Under the pieces are notes generated by a model. It saw only the letters and a program-made list of their open reading frames with translations, made no database searches and was not told the origin of the DNA. This document shows positions 61,820 through 64,000 of a stretch of 64,000 nucleotides of DNA, in pieces (positions within the stretch are counted from its first letter, which is position 1; every line of letters begins with the position of its first letter). The stretch is from Vulcanimicrobiaceae bacterium. GTDB lineage: Bacteria > Vulcanimicrobiota > Vulcanimicrobiia > Vulcanimicrobiales > Vulcanimicrobiaceae. The translations under genes and the position numbers were made by a program. The DNA lies in the NCBI GenBank assembly GCA_036488875.1, contig DASXGW010000013.1, positions 105,281 through 169,280 of the forward strand. The letters are read 5' to 3'.

Positions 61820-63517
61820 TCAACACGGGTTTCCCGTCTTGCCGTCTTGCCCGACCGCGCCTTCGTCGGAGCTGCCTCCGGAGCCGCCGGCGGCGGGCGG
61901 ATTTCCGTCGGATCCGTTCCCTCCGTTAAAACTCTTCGATAGATCTTTGCTGCTCGTACTCGAGCCATACGTGATGATGCTGATGTAATCGATCAAGCCG
62001 TTTTCGTAGAGGCGGCCGCCGTTGCCGCCCTTGTAGCCGGCTCCGGTCGCCGGCGGTGTGTCGGGACACCAGTACGTCCCCGGGCCACCATTCCCAAATT
62101 GATCGATTGTGATCGACAACCCGAACTGCTTGAGCGACGCGATCGCGATGTGCTTGGGAGGAACGAGGGTGAGGTCGCCTCCGTTTCCGCCGGCAACGCC
62201 CGTGTTCAAGTCGCCTTGGCTCCAATTGCCGCCCCAACCGCCTTCGACTCGATACGCCGCGTACGATCCGTTGACCGGCCGGCTATGCGCGTCGTTACGA
62301 TCGCCGGTACCTTTCTTTCCAATCTGCGCAAAGTCGATTTCGGCCGAGCCGCCGTTGCTGACGCCGCTTCCCGGGGCGGCGCCGAGTCCGTGTAATCCGA
62401 ATCCGGCCAAAATACAGTTCTGACAGGCGCCGTAGTAACCGGAGCCTATTTCGGCGCCGCTGAACGCCGAAACGCTTCCGCCGCTGCCGGGCTGCCACAT
62501 CGACGACTTGGGCCACGATTTCGCTTTGATGAAGATCGAGCCGCCGCCGCCGCCCGCACCTTGCACGAACGTTATGTCGTATCCGTTCGGATGAGTGGGC
62601 GTCCCGTTTAGCGGATAGCCGTTCGAGCTGCTGTAGCCGATGCCCGACCAAAAAGACGCCGCCAACGTGCCGCCCTTACCGCCGTGACCGGCCATCAGGT
62701 TCGGCGAGCTGCCGGTAATCTTGCTCGTCGTGATCTCGATCGAACCGGCGTGACCGCCGTTGCTTCCCGTGAACGTATAGCCGTCGGCGGTCGCGGTTCC
62801 GGCGTTGTCGTCCTTTCCATCCCCGCCGTTGCCCGACAGTATCGGACTCTCGATCTCTACGACGTCGGGCGGGTACGCCTTGACCGTCTTGTGGCCGTCT
62901 TTTTTCGCGAGCGCTTGCGTGCGCGAGACGGCATCGGACGTGCCGATGACGATCGATCCGCCGTTCTGTCCGTTAGGCCGGTTCTTGTCGGTGCCGCCTT
63001 TGGCGCCGTCATCGAAGGCGATGCCGACACCGAATCGCGCGATGCACGGCTGCTTCGGATTGGCGTTTTGCTTAGTACTCGACGTGATGCCGGCGTTGTC
63101 GCCCGAAGCGATCTCCCACTTGCTCTGCAGATCGATGTGGCACGCGCTCACGAAGTCGTCGACCGGCCCGGCGTACTTACCGTTCTTGGTCGTCTCGATG
63201 CCTCCGTACGGCCCCACGATCGTAAACGACGGCGTAAAGAACGCAACTTGTATCCCGCGCGGAACCACGAGCGTGCCGGAGATCGTAATCGAGGCGCTCG
63301 CAAAGACCGCGAGGTTCTTGGTCACCTTCACCGTCTTGCCGGTCGCGACGCTCCAGTTTTTCGTGTTGACGACGCCGCCGGCAGTGGCGCCGGCGGGCGT
63401 GACGTCCGACGTGGTCGCCGGAAACGCCGGTGCGGGGATTTGCGGAAGCGCTCCGCCTCCGCGGCACGCGCTCAAAGCCGACGCGGCGACAAACGCATAG
63501 ACGCGCAACGATCTCAT
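61820..63517 (-). CDS. Glycine-rich secreted lipoprotein of unknown function
   Basis: Signal/lipobox MRSLRVYAFVAASALSAC. Repeated GG-x-GG motifs, each followed by a short beta-strand-like stretch (SGNGGDGKDD, GSNGGHAGSIEI, GHGGKGGTLAA, GAGGGGGSIFI, PGSGGSVSAF, GGNGGDLTLV, GGNGGRLYE, NGGNGSDG, AGGSGGSSD). Confidence 0.7.
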   Translation of the reverse strand: MRSLRVYAFVAASALSACRGGGALPQIPAPAFPATTSDVTPAGATAGGVVNTKNWSVATGKTVKVTKNLAVFASASITISGTLVVPRGIQVAFFTPSFTIVGPYGGIETTKNGKYAGPVDDFVSACHIDLQSKWEIASGDNAGITSSTKQNANPKQPCIARFGVGIAFDDGAKGGTDKNRPNGQNGGSIVIGTSDAVSRTQALAKKDGHKTVKAYPPDVVEIESPILSGNGGDGKDDNAGTATADGYTFTGSNGGHAGSIEITTSKITGSSPNLMAGHGGKGGTLAASFWSGIGYSSSNGYPLNGTPTHPNGYDITFVQGAGGGGGSIFIKAKSWPKSSMWQPGSGGSVSAFSGAEIGSGYYGACQNCILAGFGLHGLGAAPGSGVSNGGSAEIDFAQIGKKGTGDRNDAHSRPVNGSYAAYRVEGGWGGNWSQGDLNTGVAGGNGGDLTLVPPKHIAIASLKQFGLSITIDQFGNGGPGTYWCPDTPPATGAGYKGGNGGRLYENGLIDYISIITYGSSTSSKDLSKSFNGGNGSDGNPPAAGGSGGSSDEGAVGQDGKTGNPC

Positions 63518-63570
63518 ACGGCACCCCCTCGTAGCAAGAGAGTGACTTACGTCAAAAAAGCGAGTCCTTC

Positions 63571-64000
63571 CTAGTCAACCTGGATCCCGAAATCGTGGAA
63601 GCCGCCGTTGAAGTATCCAAGCGGCGTGCCGGGCCGGCCCGCACAAGCAATGACGCGCCCCAAGAAGATGGAGTGGGAGCCCGCATGGTGCTCTTCGGTG
63701 ACCGTGCACTCGAAGTGCGCGATCGTTCCCTCCAGTACCGGGGCGCCGGTTTCGCCGACGCGGTACTGCATCTCGTCGAACTGGCGGTCGCGGATCTTCC
63801 CGGAGAAACGTTCCGCGAGGTCGCGCTGACTTCCGGCGAGCACGTTGACGCAGAACGCGCGCGATGCCGAGATGAAGAGATAGCTGCGCGCCGCGCGATT
63901 GATGCAGATGAGGACGATCGGCGGATCGGCCGAAACGCTGGCAAACGCGCTGACCGTAATGCCGCGCGGCTCACCGTCTTTGAAGCTCGTGACGACCGTG
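63571..64000 (-). CDS. Flavin reductase-like FMN-binding protein; 5' end outside window
   Basis: The ORF-track entry 63571..63843 starts at an internal GTG. The frame stays open to the window edge: TVVTSFKDGEPRGITVSAFASVSADPPIVLICINRAARSY ..., the typical flavin-reductase block. Confidence 0.8.
   Translation of the reverse strand, partial: TVVTSFKDGEPRGITVSAFASVSADPPIVLICINRAARSYLFISASRAFCVNVLAGSQRDLAERFSGKIRDRQFDEMQYRVGETGAPVLEGTIAHFECTVTEEHHAGSHSIFLGRVIACAGRPGTPLGYFNGGFHDFGIQVD

Noticed and set aside
1-64000. Search for tRNA, rRNA, CRISPR arrays, transposases, integrases, phage or toxin-antitoxin modules
   Set aside because: Every non-coding gap is under 140 nt and none has a tRNA cloverleaf or rRNA-like sequence. 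No ORF shows DDE, tyrosine- or serine-recombinase or capsid/terminase motifs. I found no regularly spaced repeats. The window looks like stable chromosome rather than a mobile island.

Overview
GC-rich, very gene-dense bacterial chromosomal segment. I call about 66 protein-coding genes, one of them frameshifted. I found no rRNA, tRNA, CRISPR array, transposase, integrase or phage genes. All functions come from motifs I read in the translations and matched from memory; no database search was run.

Gene content is mostly core and accessory metabolism:
- glcD/glcE-like FAD oxidases followed by a YtpB-like terpene synthase
- a long minus-strand run 14326..5527: two tandem E1-alpha paralogs, E1-beta, E2, queD, queE, mqnB, mqnD, namZ
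- a GH64-like lipoprotein
- a ceruloplasmin-like two-domain multicopper oxidase next to a 1157-aa SARP-AAA-TPR regulator
- a LOG-like / beta-CASP / threonine aldolase / threonine dehydratase operon
- ETF-QO, a Cys/Met PLP enzyme, thiO-thiS-thiG and a rhodanese
- a K+ channel with RCK-type domains on both sides
- an EF-G paralog coupled to an orphan ABC substrate-binding protein
- DUF485-actP
- sufC-D-S-U with divergent sufR and an IscU-like gene

Many ORF-track starts are over-extended. I re-set them where an in-frame ATG, GTG or TTG forms a 1-4 nt overlap with the upstream stop; this pattern recurs across the window.

The most interesting locus is 46160..49923 (minus strand). An ECF sigma factor is followed by a cytoplasmic anti-sigma whose ZAS zinc-finger is fused to a complete, active-site-intact O6-alkylguanine-DNA alkyltransferase. 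Next come a pyroglutamyl-peptidase homolog whose catalytic Cys is replaced by Gly, and a PHP phosphoesterase fused to a 128-aa histone-H1-like Lys/Ala/Pro tail. I read this as a candidate alkylation-sensing sigma switch; that is inference.

Other points worth a second look:
- a 20-bp perfect inverted repeat bracketing a 107-bp AT-richer element between convergent genes
- a terminator-like hairpin in a 5' leader
- a 1-nt frameshift in a two-domain retropepsin-like protease
- tandem E1-alpha duplication
- a suf cluster without sufB
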